Positions 1 to 11,008 of a stretch of 64,000 nt of DNA are shown in pieces; positions within the stretch are counted from its first letter, which is position 1, and each line of letters begins with the position of its first letter. Origin of the DNA: Octopus sinensis (lineage: Eukaryota); contig NC_043000.1 in NCBI RefSeq assembly GCF_006345805.1, positions 11,160,001-11,224,000 on the forward strand. The letters run 5' to 3'. Below the pieces are notes generated by a model. That model was not told the DNA's origin, did no database searches, and saw nothing but the letters and a program-made list of their open reading frames with translations. Position numbers and translations under genes: made by a program.

Positions 1-60
1 AGGCGCCAATTTTGAGAAATGTGCTCAGGGTTATCGATCGCTCCTTTTGCTCCCCTATTA

Positions 61-70
61 GTGACGTCAC
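61..70. promoter_or_regulatory. Perfect CRE/ATF palindrome GTGACGTCAC in a CpG-containing non-repeat segment
   Basis: TGACGTCA at 62-69; GGCGCCAAT (CCAAT/E2F-like) at 2-10. Motif only, no functional evidence. Confidence 0.3.
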
Positions 71-367
71 TGGTCTGAAGGCAACAAATCATCCAACCAA
101 CCACTGAAATATGGTACTGAAAAGCTAAAGTCCTGTGTCACCACGAGGCGCTTTTAACTTAAAATGCCAAAAAAAAAAAATGACGAATCAAGCCCATGAT
201 TGAAAAAGAGTGACAAAAAATATTATTAACAAGAAGTCAGAGTTAATCACGCAGTCTATAGAAGCATTCTGTCCAACCTATAACTGGCCAGTAAGGACAG
301 GCAGATAGGCCCACAGGCAGCATAGATAAGTAGGTAACAATATTCTGAGGCTTCGTCTAACAGTAGA

Positions 368-544
368 TCAAAAGCGGCGAGATGGTAGAATCAAAGCGGC
401 GAAGCGGTAAAATCAAGGCAGTGCGCTGGTTGAATCAAAGTGGAGAGCTGGTAGAATCAAGGCGTCAAACTGGTTGAATCAAGGTGATGAGCTGGCAGAA
501 TCAGGGTGACGAGCTGGCAGAATCAAGGCAGTGAGCTGGTAGAA
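368..544 (+). repeat. Eight diverged ~22-bp tandem copies of a SINE 5' head
   Basis: Units like tcaaggcagtgagctggtagaa, leading directly into the SINE body. Confidence 0.85.
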
Positions 545-740
545 TCGTTCGTACGCGGGGCAAAATGCTTAGCAGCATTTCGTCCGTCTTTATGTTCTGA
601 GTTCAAATTCTACTGAGGGTGATTTTTGCCTTTCATCCTTTCAAGATTGATAGGATAAATACCTGTTGAGCATTGGAGGCGATGTAATCAACTTCCACCC
701 CTCCATAAATTGTCGGCTTTGTGCCAAAATTTGAAACCAG
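526..740 (+). mobile_element. tRNA-derived SINE, family M (core gcctttcatcctttc...aagtaccag, resembling the Meta domain)
   Basis: A-box-like gagctggtagaa, B-box gagttcaaatt; same body recurs more than ten times in the window. Confidence 0.85.
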
Positions 741-1244
741 TATATAGGAATTACCAATAAAACGCCACCATTTCCTACACAGATTTTCCTAATTTGTCAG
801 AGGAATTGTTAATGTGCATATCCGTTTTTCTTTTCTTTTTTAAGTTTGTTTGTCAGAACACAAATATATTTATAATCCATTATTTTATTTATTTATTTTT
901 GTCGCCAGCTAAAACCAGGAATGGCTTTAGAATGGTACATGTTTATGAAATAAATAGAAGTATGCAAAATTTCTAGGTGCGTACTCCACTTCGCTTCACC
1001 AAGAGAAAGAAATAAAGTTTAAACTTGAGAAAACGGCGTTCAAAAATGTCATTATTTTCCAAATATATTAAAGCAACCGAATTTTCTTACTCACTTTCTT
1101 CATAGCTATAAATTGTTTAGAATGCATTGGAAATTCCAGACTTTCAATGTAACCACAGGTCAGCAGTTTTACTTCAACTGGGGTTTTCCCTTACATTTCC
1201 TAAATGACTCAGACATTGATTTTAATGAAAGTCCTGTACATAAA

Positions 1245-1838
1245 TAAAGGACTCCCTTCGGTCACGAATGTGGAGGTGTGTGGCTTAGTGGTTAGGGTGT
1301 CAGCACCATGATTGTAAGATTATGGTTTTGATTCTTGGACCGGGTGACGCGTTGTGTTCTTGAGCAAAACACTTCATTTCACGTTGCTCCAGTCCACTCA
1401 GCTGGCAAAAATGAGTAACACTGCAATGGACTGGCGTCCCGTCCAGCTGGGGAACACATATACCATAGAAACCGGGAAACCGGGCCCATGAGCCTGGCTA
1501 GGCTTTAAAAGGGCGCATTTATTTATTTATTCTTCGGTCACGAATGATCATGGGATTGCACCTAAAAAGTTACCCTCCAAGGCACAAGTCCGAGTAAGGT
1601 TGTTTTATGGAAGACCAGCAGTTGCCCATGCATACCAGCCTCTCCTCTCCATACCACCAATGTTATTCAAAGGTAAAGCAAAAACCGATACAGCTTGGCA
1701 CCTGTGACGTCGCAATTCATTTCTACAGCTGAGTGAACTGAAGCAACATGAAATAAAGTGTCTTGCTCAAGAGCACAACACGCAGCCCGGTCCGGGAATC
1801 GAACTCACTGCCTCATGACGCTCTAACCACTGAGCCAT
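1245..1838 (-). mobile_element. tRNA-headed SINE (host), interrupted near its tail
   Basis: Minus-strand tggctcagtggttagagcg...gagttcgattccc head; ccactcagctg-type core. Confidence 0.8.
1271..1531 (+). mobile_element. tRNA-headed SINE with (TTTA)n tail, nested, 15-bp TSD
   Basis: TSD cttcggtcacgaatg at 1256-1270 and 1532-1546; second copy at 16716-16973. Confidence 0.9.
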
Positions 1839-1873
1839 AAATGTTTGCGGGTGTTATTCAGTTTCTTCTACAG

Positions 1874-1963
1874 GTAGCCCAAGAAACATATTTTCATTCA
1901 TCAACTCAACAGCCACCACTACAGACCAGCAGCCAACAATTTCAGACTGGTGGTCAGAGTTAG
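1874..1963 (+). other. Candidate 90-nt cassette exon of an unidentified gene
   Basis: tttcttctacag|GT...TTAG|gtaact; phase 1-1 frame open: (G)SPRNIFSFINSTATTTDQQPTISDWWSEL(G). Confidence 0.3.
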
Positions 1964-2097
1964 GTAACTTTACTTCCGAGAGACAAGTTATACTAATATA
2001 ATGTACATATAGTCAGTATTTGTGTTTCTAAACTGTTCAGCATTCATACATCCCAGCAAACAGACTAATCTAATAAATAAACAAATAACTAACTAAA

Positions 2098-2548
2098 TCT
2101 ATATTTATAAAGCTGAAGTTGTCTGTGTGTGTGTGGCAGGTTTGGTAACCTTCAACTGACACTATCTCCTCCGAGACCCTGCGGCGCAAGTTGACCAAAA
2201 TTGAGAGTATGATAGAAGAAGGCTTGCTCTTCATTCCGTAGAAGAAAAAATTCAAATCGGACCATGTTAAGACCAAAAATGATTTACATCAAAAAGGTGC
2301 TTTTTTTCTATGAAAATCCCTATTTTTTACGATTTTTTGACTGCTGTGTGGCCATTTTTCAGTGTGTTTCAACCAGAAAAATGTTCACTTAAAGAGAATA
2401 ACAAGCTACATAATGCTATATAATGCAAAATTTTTACTTTTCAAAAAAGATTGAAACTATGTCAAAACTTTGTTAACGCGACACCAAAGTCTGCCGTTTT
2501 AAGCGCAACTAAAAAGCAAACCCGAGCAACGCCGGGCTATACTGCTAG
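2098..2548 (+). mobile_element. Non-autonomous Helitron
   Basis: A|TC 5' end (tctatatttataaagctgaagttg), subterminal hairpin cccgagcaacgccggg 2521-2536, CTAG|T 3' end; homologs at 25417 and 61320. Confidence 0.88.
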
Positions 2549-3200
2549 TAAATAGATAACGCTGAGAGCTAGTAGTCCGGTTTGTGAATTTACCCCTTGA
2601 TCTATTGTCGCATTGAGTGTAATCATATTCTGAAGTGTGCATGCAAATTCATAGTAAAGTTTCATTGCAAATTTAGTTTACACTAACATTCTCCAGCCGC
2701 AAACATACACGCTTAAGATAGAGTGATGTGTAATGTTATATCGACTGTCATTTGTGGTAGTGGCAACTAAAACAACTACCGAATAACCAAGGCAGGTGCA
2801 TCCAGGGTTTCCAAGACACGGATAAATCAGATACAGAGTTCAACGCTGCCAGTAGCTGGTGTATCCTGGAGTAAACGTACACTGGATTTTAAGTAACTTG
2901 AACTGTTATTGTGCTGAACTCTTTCTTCCCTCCCATCTTCAGTTAGTGGTACTAATGTCTTGACGAGGAAGCATAGGAAAGAGTTTGTTCAACAGTGGTG
3001 ATCAGGATGCACACACCATACAGAGCAATTTTTTTCAAGCTACAGGGAACTGAAACCTAACTTTCCAGCTCTTGGTGAAATTGCTCTTATTGTGATGGTG
3101 AAACACTCATTGAAAAAGATTCAGATCTCACTCTAATATAGGCAAAACTTCGCATATGTCTGAATGCCAACTAACTACCAAAAGAATCACTGAAGTATGA

Positions 3201-3666
3201 TATTCTTTTCTACTCTAGGCACAAGGCCCAAAATTTGTGGGAAGGGGGTCAGTCGATTAGATCAACCCAGTACACAACTGGTACTTAATTTATCGGCCCT
3301 GAAAGGATGAAAAGCAAAGTCGACCTCGGTGGAATTTGAACTCAGAATGTAACGGCAGAAGAAATACCTATATCTTTACTACCCACAAGGGGCTAAACAC
3401 AGAGAGGACAAACAAGAACAGACAAACGGATTAAGTCAATTATATCGACCCCAGTGTGTAACTGGTACTTATTTAATCTACCCCGAAAGGATGAGAGGCA
3501 AAGTCGACCTCGGCGGAATTTGAACTCAGAACGTAACGGCAGACGAAATACTGCTAAGCATTTTGCACAGCGTGCTAATGTTTCTTATTTCTTTATTGCC
3601 TTCAAGGGGCTAAACATAGAGGGAACAAACAAGGACAGACAAAGGGATTAAGTCGATTACATCGAC
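3201..3666 (-). mobile_element. Tandem/nested family-M SINE copies (three partial units)
   Basis: Repeated ccgaaaggatgaaaggcaaagtcgacctcgg core; junction gaaatacc|tat. Confidence 0.85.
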
Positions 3667-4237
3667 TCCATGCTAGCATGGGTTGGGCAGTTTGACCAGA
3701 ATAGGCAAGCTGGAGAGCTGCACCAGGTTCCAGTCTGATTTGGCTTGGTTTCTACAGCTGAATCCTTCCTAATGTCAACCACATTACAGTGAGTACTGGG
3801 TGCTTTTAGTGTGGCACCACACAAGTGCTTTTAAGTGGCACTGGCGCGAGTGCTTTTTACATTGCTCTGGCACACAACTCTTGCAGGCCAATCCTCTTGA
3901 CCAGGAGGAATGACCTTAACACTTCTGCTGTGAGAGACAAGTTTTCTTGAGTACAGCAAGGTATCAAGTATCTCGGTCCTTTGTCATCTTGTCTAGGAGG
4001 TTCAGTGTGCAGAGGTCATTCTTCAGTATTTCGTTCCATGTCTTCATGAGCCTGCCTCTTCCATGTATTCAATCCACTTTGAGGGATCAGTACTTCTATA
4101 TGGAGCTGTCAGCATCCATCCACATCACATGACCAAATTAGTGCAGTCTTCTCTTTTGCACACTGCATTTAATTCCTCTAATGCCTAACTTCCCTTCTCA
4201 ATACTCCAGCACTCTGTGAAACATGTACACTTACATC

Positions 4238-4514
4238 ATCATCATTGTTCGACCGTGGTCGAGACAATGGCATTTACTATGTTATACCAGACTTCACGGT
4301 CCATCATAGCATTACGGAGGTCCTGTTGCTGGATGCCTGTATCCCTGGAGATTACAATAGGGTAGGAGAGTGTGCGCCCTCTGGCATCGCAAGCAGATGG
4401 CTTCCAGAGGAGAAGAGTAGAAATTACCTCGTTTTCAGCTCTACAACAATATCCAGCAAACTGGACTCTTCTACCTTTCACAAGAGATGATACAGGTGGT
4501 AATTTCCCGTATAT
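4238..4514 (-). mobile_element. 5'-truncated RTE-type LINE, second family
   Basis: Encodes ..RRVQFAGYCCRA..LLLWKP..GRTLSYP..DREVW..STTVEQ* then (GAT)n tail; TSD atgtacacttacatc at about 4223-4237 and 4515-4529. Confidence 0.85.
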
Positions 4515-4575
4515 ATGTACACTTACATCTCATATCCAGCAGAGTATACTAGCTTCATTCCTCTCTAACCTTCAC

Positions 4576-6594
4576 ATGTCCTCTGCATTCAATGCCTACA
4601 TTTCCTCAGTTGACGAACTATGGTCATCCCTCAAAGCATATGTAATCTGTTTGACTGATCAGGCAGTTCCCGTTGGACTTCCCAAGAGGAAGAAACACAA
4701 GCCCTGGGTGACGAAGAAGGTTAAACGAGAACGTCGACTCAGAGATATTGCTTGGGCTGAATTCAAAAATCTGGATTCGACTGCAGCTTTTGAGGTGTAC
4801 AAAACTCAACGAGACCGAGCCGTGAAAATTGAAAAGAAAGAACGCTTCAGTTATGAATACAAAATCGCGGTAAATGCCAGTAGCAATCCAAAAACCTTCT
4901 TTGCCCATGTCCAGCGGAATTCCCGCTTGAACAACCAGATTGCAACGTTGGTAGACTCAACAGGCGTATCGATTGAGGACCCTTATCAACAGAGTCAATT
5001 ATTTGCCGAGGCTTTTTCAACTATTTTCAAACAAGATGATGGTCGTGAACCCCCTCCATTTGATAGATCGGTACCTCCAATGCTTCGATTGATCATCACG
5101 CGGGACCAAGTCAAACGTGTTATTCAAGGCCTCGATGTCAACAAGGGTCACGGCCCTGACGGCATACACCCACGGGTTATCAAAGCGTTGGCTCCGGTCA
5201 TCTGCGAGCCCTTAACACGACTATTCAATATGTCATTGGCGACGGGTGTTATACCTGCAGACTGGAGAACAGCGATAATCTGCCCAATTTTCAAGAAAGG
5301 GAGCCGCGAAGACCCGCTTAACTACCGACCGGTTTCCCTTACATCAATAATCAGCAAGATGTTCGAAACCATCCTTAAGAAAAGTATGATGCTCCACCTC
5401 CTAAACACAGCCTCGATCACTGATTCCCAACACGGCTTCGTGCCGAAGAGATCATGCTTGACCAACTTACTAGTAATGGAAGAATTGGTGACGCGCATCC
5501 TCGATGATAGTGATGCTGTTGACATCGTTTTATTGGACTTTGCCAAAGCTTTTGACTCGGTAAACCACCGCCTACTACTTGTCAAGCTTCAAGCATATAG
5601 TTTCCATCCGGATATTGTACGATGGGTTGGTGCCTTCCTCTCAGATCGCTCCTTCCAAGTTCAAGTTAATGGTTCGCGGTCCGACGTCTCCAGTGCGAGC
5701 AGTGGCGTGCCTCAAGGTTCAGTGCTTGGGCCCTTGTTGTTCTTAGTCTTCATAAATGACTTGCCCGACGACCTCACGCAACACACCCTTCTATTTGCCG
5801 ACGATATCAAACTGGTCGCTCCTCGCGGTAGTATAGAGGATCTTCGTCGATGCCTCCACCAAATTTGGAAGTGGTCTAACGAGTGGGACCTGTGTCTGAA
5901 CGTGTCAAAGTGCTGTCATCTGCCTGTCGGCTCTACTCCTGCAACTCAACTTGATTTCGAGCCGGGTCGTCTGCTGCTGGAGAGGACCGATCAGGTAAAG
6001 GACCTGGGTATCTTGGTGGATTCCTCCTTTTCGCCTTCGGCCCAGTGCGTCCATGCTGCCAACAAAGCGCGCGGAATTCTGTTTTTGATTCGACGGTCAT
6101 TCGGAATGCTCACAGCAGCCATATTCCTGCCACTCTATGTCACGCTGGTGAGACCCATATTGGAGTATGGGATTCAAGCCTCTTCTCCTTATCTCCTCAA
6201 AGACATACAGCACCTCGAAAGAGTCCAGAGGCTGGCTACCCGCATGGTTCATGGTCTCAAAAATTTGTCCTACGAAGAAAGGCTGAGGACGCTCGACCTT
6301 TGTTCTCTTGAAAAACGCCGCCGCCGTGGTGATCTCATTCTCGCCCACAACATCATAAGCGGGAAATGTAACCTCTCGAAAGAGCTGTTCTTCACTCCTG
6401 CTCCGGAGCGTCGGCTGCGGGGTCATTCCGAAAAGCTCTACCTGCGACGATTTCATCTCAATCGAAGGAGAGGAGCTTTCTCCGTCCGGGTTGCGGATCC
6501 GTGGAACAAGCTGCCAGACGAGATGGTGAAGATGCCGACGACCGCTTTGTTCAAAGCCTCCCTGGACCTCAAGTGGCCTGAACTCTTTACATGA
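4576..6594 (+). CDS. Endonuclease-less CR1-type reverse transcriptase ORF (672 aa from the first in-frame ATG)
   Basis: Motifs GPDGI, PIFKKG, NYRPVSLT, QHGF, DFAKAFD, GVPQGSVLGPLLF, LFADDIKL, KDLG, WNKLP. The ATG lies in host RTE antisense sequence. Confidence 0.85.
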   Translation: MSSAFNAYISSVDELWSSLKAYVICLTDQAVPVGLPKRKKHKPWVTKKVKRERRLRDIAWAEFKNLDSTAAFEVYKTQRDRAVKIEKKERFSYEYKIAVNASSNPKTFFAHVQRNSRLNNQIATLVDSTGVSIEDPYQQSQLFAEAFSTIFKQDDGREPPPFDRSVPPMLRLIITRDQVKRVIQGLDVNKGHGPDGIHPRVIKALAPVICEPLTRLFNMSLATGVIPADWRTAIICPIFKKGSREDPLNYRPVSLTSIISKMFETILKKSMMLHLLNTASITDSQHGFVPKRSCLTNLLVMEELVTRILDDSDAVDIVLLDFAKAFDSVNHRLLLVKLQAYSFHPDIVRWVGAFLSDRSFQVQVNGSRSDVSSASSGVPQGSVLGPLLFLVFINDLPDDLTQHTLLFADDIKLVAPRGSIEDLRRCLHQIWKWSNEWDLCLNVSKCCHLPVGSTPATQLDFEPGRLLLERTDQVKDLGILVDSSFSPSAQCVHAANKARGILFLIRRSFGMLTAAIFLPLYVTLVRPILEYGIQASSPYLLKDIQHLERVQRLATRMVHGLKNLSYEERLRTLDLCSLEKRRRRGDLILAHNIISGKCNLSKELFFTPAPERRLRGHSEKLYLRRFHLNRRRGAFSVRVADPWNKLPDEMVKMPTTALFKASLDLKWPELFT

Positions 6595-6686
6595 ACACCA
6601 CCCTGTACTTAACTCCATGTCCCCCTACATGGCCTTGCTATTTGCTTTTGAGCCAAATTAACTAACTAACTAACTAACTAACTAAC
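4605..6686 (+). mobile_element. Young 5'-truncated CR1-group LINE
   Basis: Uninterrupted RT frame; 3'UTR hairpin CCATGT-ccccct-ACATGG at 6615-6632; (TAAC)7 tail at 6659-6686; no TSD, AC microhomology to host. Confidence 0.93.
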
Positions 6687-6940
6687 TTCCATGTAGAATT
6701 GTTGTCTGTATACATATATCATACAATCTTCCTTTTGCTAACAGAAGAGCTCTCTGAATTTTCTCCATCATATTCTTATTCTAGCTATTACATTTTCTGT
6801 ACATCCTCCCCTACTATTAATTTGATCCCCTAGGTAGCATAAACTATCCACAACCTCTAATGAGCCTCCGGGGCATTTGATAAAATCAATTTCCAGAGTA
6901 TCTGTAGTTTTATAGCTCTTGTGCATGAAAAAAAAATGTA

Positions 6941-7472
6941 TTGGGTTGTCTGGAAAGTTTGTGCCGATTTATAGTAGCTTACATTTCAACTTATTTTAGA
7001 ATATGGTTGAGTCCATAAAATAGGATTTGACTACATCTTCATTTAGAGCACAGTTTAAGCTATCTTTTTGTGGAAGAAGGTTTATGTTCCTATAACCTGT
7101 GTTAATTCTGTAACCCTTTAAAATGGAAGATAAGAAAGTTCATTTTCGGCACTTGATGCTTTGGGATGTGTTACCCCACCCTCCATATTCACTAGATATT
7201 GCTCCTTTGGATTTCCACTTATTCAGGTCTCTGCAGAATAGTCTTAATGGTAAAAATTTCAATTCCTTGGATGACGTAAAAAGATACCTTGATAAATTCT
7301 TTGCCATGAAACCACCTCAATTCTGGGAAGAGGGTATTTTCAAGTTAAAGGAAAGATGGAGACATTGTGCAACAAAATGATTCATATTTGGTTGATTAAA
7401 AATGTAATGGCAAGTATTTATTGACCTTTTTCTTTCCTTTAAAAATCGGCACAAACTTTCCGGACAACCCAA
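6941..7472 (+). mobile_element. Internally deleted mariner (mellifera-like)
   Basis: TA flanks; 30-bp TIRs ttgggttgtcyggaaagtttgtgccgattt (29/30); ORF fuses MEDKKVHFRHLML to WDVLPHPPYS..FHLFRSLQNSLNGK. Confidence 0.92.
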
Positions 7473-7994
7473 TAAAAATAATATTAGCTATCAAATAATA
7501 ATATTTAGTAGATTAAGATGTGAAAGAGGTGGTGTAGAAAGAAATGAGCAATTTGAGAACTTGAGGCATTGGTTTTGCTGTGGAAACAACAATTATAACA
7601 AATGTGGAGTGATTCTTTTGTCTTATGATACTTAAACTTCACATGGGAAGCAGCATGTTACCATATATGACCAACCATGCAGATGTCAAAGATGAAAGAA
7701 GATAAATGTTATGTCGAAAGATAAAACAGATGATCTGTGTTAGAAGCCACAAACAGGAAGAAAAATGAATTATTAGCAACAACATAAATGATGAGCTTTG
7801 ATGAATTGTAATAATAAAGTTTTGTTTTTTTTTTTCATTTGATTGGATGTTAACTGGGTTATTAGCCATAGTTGTGGATTCTATATATTGGTGACAGATA
7901 TGTGCCAGTTCTTGATAGTTCATAAACAATGTCTGGGTCACCATACAGTCACCCTATTTCCACCTCCTTCAGTTCTACATAATCATCTTCTTCA

Positions 7995-8365
7995 CCACAC
8001 AGATCACCACAAAAACCACCACTACCACCACCACCATTACCATCCCAGTCACCACCATCATCACCATCACCACCAACACTCCTACCATTACCATGAAGTC
8101 ACCTTATTTTTGCTTCCTTCAGTACTATGACATAATCATCTTCTTCACTACCATCACCACCATCACCAACACAACTACCACTACCACCACCACCACCCAA
8201 TACCACTACCACCATCGCCACCACAACTACCACCACCACCACTACCACCACCATCACTACCACTGTCGACCACCACTGCTGCTGCTGCCACGACCACGAC
8301 CACCAACACAACTACTACCACTGCAGCCACTACCACCACCACCACCACCACCACCACCACCACCA
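7995..8365. repeat. Compound (CAC/CAT/CTA)n trinucleotide tract
   Basis: Direct reading; source of His/Thr/Pro pseudo-ORFs. Confidence 0.9.
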
Positions 8366-8824
8366 CTATATCTACCATAACTGCCTTCTACCATACCCTG
8401 CCCAACCACTCCCATAGCTACACTTTTATCACAGTTCCAGTGGTGCAATGTTATTACCTGTTCAAATATACTTGTGGCGTGTTCAAACCCTTAAGCCAGC
8501 CATTCACTGTGTTTTGTCATGGAGAAAACTTCTCGCTGTAGACAAATAGTGTGAATACACCTAAATTAGCTCACAGCGCCACCTACCCAGACTGTGAGAT
8601 GCTAACATTTCAGAGTGGTTATCTCCTCTTAGTCACAGAAACTGGACAGGACGCACTGCGAGCTAAGTTCCATTGGTGTTGTTAGAGTATGTGTGTTGCC
8701 TTTAAGTTTACTGCTCCCCCTACCCTGGTGTTCCAGCCTTACAGAGCTGTGGTTCCCAAACTTTTTGGGGCTGCCACTCCCTTTCCACCCGACCCTCTAC
8801 CCCCACCCCCGCTCACCACCGCGA

Positions 8825-8949
8825 GAACCACATAGTTCCGGGTTCAGTCCCACTGCATGGCACCTTGGGTAAGTGTCTTCTACTATAGCCTTGGGCCGAC
8901 CAAAGGTTTGTGAGTGGATTTGGTAGACGGAAACTGAAAGAAGCCCGTC

Positions 8950-9007
<58 letters not shown>
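8825..9007 (+). mobile_element. Family-K SINE 5' half ending in (TA)n
   Basis: gggttcagtcccactgc...gaaactgaaagaagcccgtcg followed by a long (TA)n. Confidence 0.8.
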
Positions 9008-9059
9008 TAGCTGAAGGTGACCCGCTCTACGCTCGGGTAAGAGTGTGGTTGTTACTTTC

Positions 9060-9400
9060 TGTTGCTTCCTTTCAGCACGTAAAAAGCACCATCCGAACGT
9101 GACCAATTGCAGTGCCGCCTTGACTGGCTTCTGTGCCGGTGGCACGTAAAAAGCACCAACCGATTGTGGCCGCTGCCAGCCCCCCTAGCACCTGTGCTAG
9201 CGGCACGAAAAAAGCACCCACTACGCTCACAGAGTGGTTGGCGTTAGGAAGGGCATCCACCTGTAGAAACACTGCTAGATCAGACTGGAGCCTGGTGCAG
9301 CCTCCTGGCTTCCCAGACCCCGGTCAAACTGTCCAACCCGTGCTAGCACGGAAAACGGACGTTAAACGATGATGATAATGATGATGATGATGATGATGAT
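9060..9400 (+). mobile_element. RTE 3'UTR copy with (GAT)n tail
   Basis: gtggcacgtaaaaagcacc units, ggaagggcatcca, ggacgttaaacgatgatg. Similar copies near 12030-12257, 22890-23080, 24600-24840, 39985-40328, 49025-49310 and 54330-54575. Confidence 0.85.
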
Positions 9401-9721
9401 TCTCCCTCTTTGTTTCTCTCTCCTTTCTCTCTCACTTTTCCCACTCTCTTACTCTTCCTTTCTCTCGGACTCTTCCTCGCTTTCTCTTACTCTCTATCTT
9501 TATGTATCTCTCTCCCATTTATAAACAACAAAAGATCTTGAGTAAGTTGAGAACTAAAATATTTAGAAAGATCAATCATAAATATCAGGCAGTAACAACG
9601 GAAAGGTCGCTTCAAGGCAGACAGCAAAACACTAACATTTAAAAGGGACAGACGAACTTGCGAGCTGAATAAAAATAATAAAATATTGGAAACCAAAGTT
9701 TGAAGGGATAGAATCTGAGGA

Positions 9722-10066
9722 TAGTAGAGTCACCATGGCTGGCATTTCTTAACGACAGACAGCAATGTTTTGACAGTTTAACGGCTGGCGTAAAATTTTG
9801 AACTTGATGTAAAAGAAAATCCCTAAACACCAAGTTTTGAAGTGATTCTTTCTCACGACAGTAGACTCACCATGGCAAGCATTCAAAACTTCTTCATCAT
9901 GGACGGCAACACATTGACGATTAAAAGGCTGGCGCAAAATTTTTAGCTTGATGTAACAGAGAATTCCTAAACACCCGCTCCTTTAAATTTTAATCCCCTT
10001 CCAGCCCCATTTAGACCCCTTTTCACATTTTGGTTAATATAACCCGATTTCATTCGGGTCTACTGG
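9722..10066 (+). mobile_element. Probable Helitron-like 3' segment with two ~138-bp internal direct repeats
   Basis: Repeats start at 9722 and 9859; hairpin acccga-tttcat-tcgggt at 10042-10059 followed by ctactgg (decayed CTAG). Confidence 0.45.
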
Positions 10067-10839
10067 GGCCACATTTTATAAGATGAGGAATTTTGTCCTA
10101 GAGGTCATGCCTTTCATTTGAGGAAAAAAAATAGTTGTCATGCAAACTTGCCAGCACTTTTAACATAGGTCTGCATATTTTCAGCTCAACCGACCACATA
10201 ATGCACACATTATATATATATATATATATATATGTATATGTGTGTGTGTGTGTGTGTTGGAGTCTCTCTCATACTTGAGCGTTGATGCTGAATTTGACTG
10301 GTAAGCAGATAACCTTGTCTTTGTTGAAATAGTTGTGAGCTGCTGGAGTTATTTCTCTGACAGGTAATAGGAATTTCCATATCCTCCGAGGAAACGAACT
10401 GTTGACCCAGACAATTAGAATTAATTTTAATAAAAGCATCAATTTAAGAAAAAATAATAAAGTAGTTAAAAATGAAAATTTAGCACGAAAAATTTGCAGG
10501 GTTCTAAATAAATGTTAAAATGTAATAGATACGAAAAACCTACGTTATCACCAGAACACGAACGCTCGTTGGTGTGTTCTGTTTGTATTTGCTCCATTGA
10601 CAGGCAGACAATAGAATGCGATGGCGAGATTCATAATATTTGTTGTCATGATTGTGTGTTGGTGGTGGCGATGATAATTCTCTCTATGAATGCAGACAGA
10701 CACATAAAAGAACGCCGTTTGACGAAGTGAAAGTGATAGGAAAGTAGGAAATAGAGTGAGTGAAAAAGTGCTGGGAAGGGAGGAAATAGTGTGAGTGAGT
10801 GAGGAAGACAGAATGGGAGTGGACTTGTCAAAGTGGGTT

Positions 10840-11008
10840 TTTGGCCCTAGCAACGACACCTTTTAAGATAGGGGTTTCTAACATAGCCCACGGGCATCGT
10901 CACCTCATTTTACATGTCCCTGTAAATTTTGGAGTCAATCCGACGGGATGTAGTGGCCTTGAAAGTGAGCCAAGCGGTCGAAACGCATTTCAGTTTTATA
11001 TATAGAGA
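10840..11008 (-). mobile_element. Helitron-like 5' end, different family
   Basis: A|tctctatatataaaactgaaatg resembles the other Helitron 5' ends; 3' end not located. Confidence 0.45.

Larger units (their letters stand above)
3667..6880 (-). mobile_element. Old RTE-clade LINE 3' remnant (ORF2 C-terminus plus 3'UTR), interrupted by two younger LINEs
   Basis: Minus-strand GGSLEVVDSLCYLGDQ...LHGSE.(W)ALNAEDM.RLERNEASIL...FGHV...GRGR..KTW..ILKNDL with stops; reading continues across both insertions. Confidence 0.85.

Noticed and set aside
2641-2648. Octamer ATGCAAAT
   Set aside because: Expected by chance in 64 kb of AT-rich DNA; no linked snRNA or gene.
3030-3150. Possible hAT dimerisation-domain remnant (NFPALGEIA)
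   Set aside because: Too short and degenerate; no TIRs found.
4372-4604. N-terminal 78 aa of the 740-aa ORF as part of the LINE protein
   Set aside because: This is antisense sequence of two RTE remnants; CR1 homology starts at about 4605 and there is no endonuclease domain.
8573-8586. CTCF-like ACAGCGCCACCTAC
   Set aside because: Only the first half of the consensus matches; a single motif without support.
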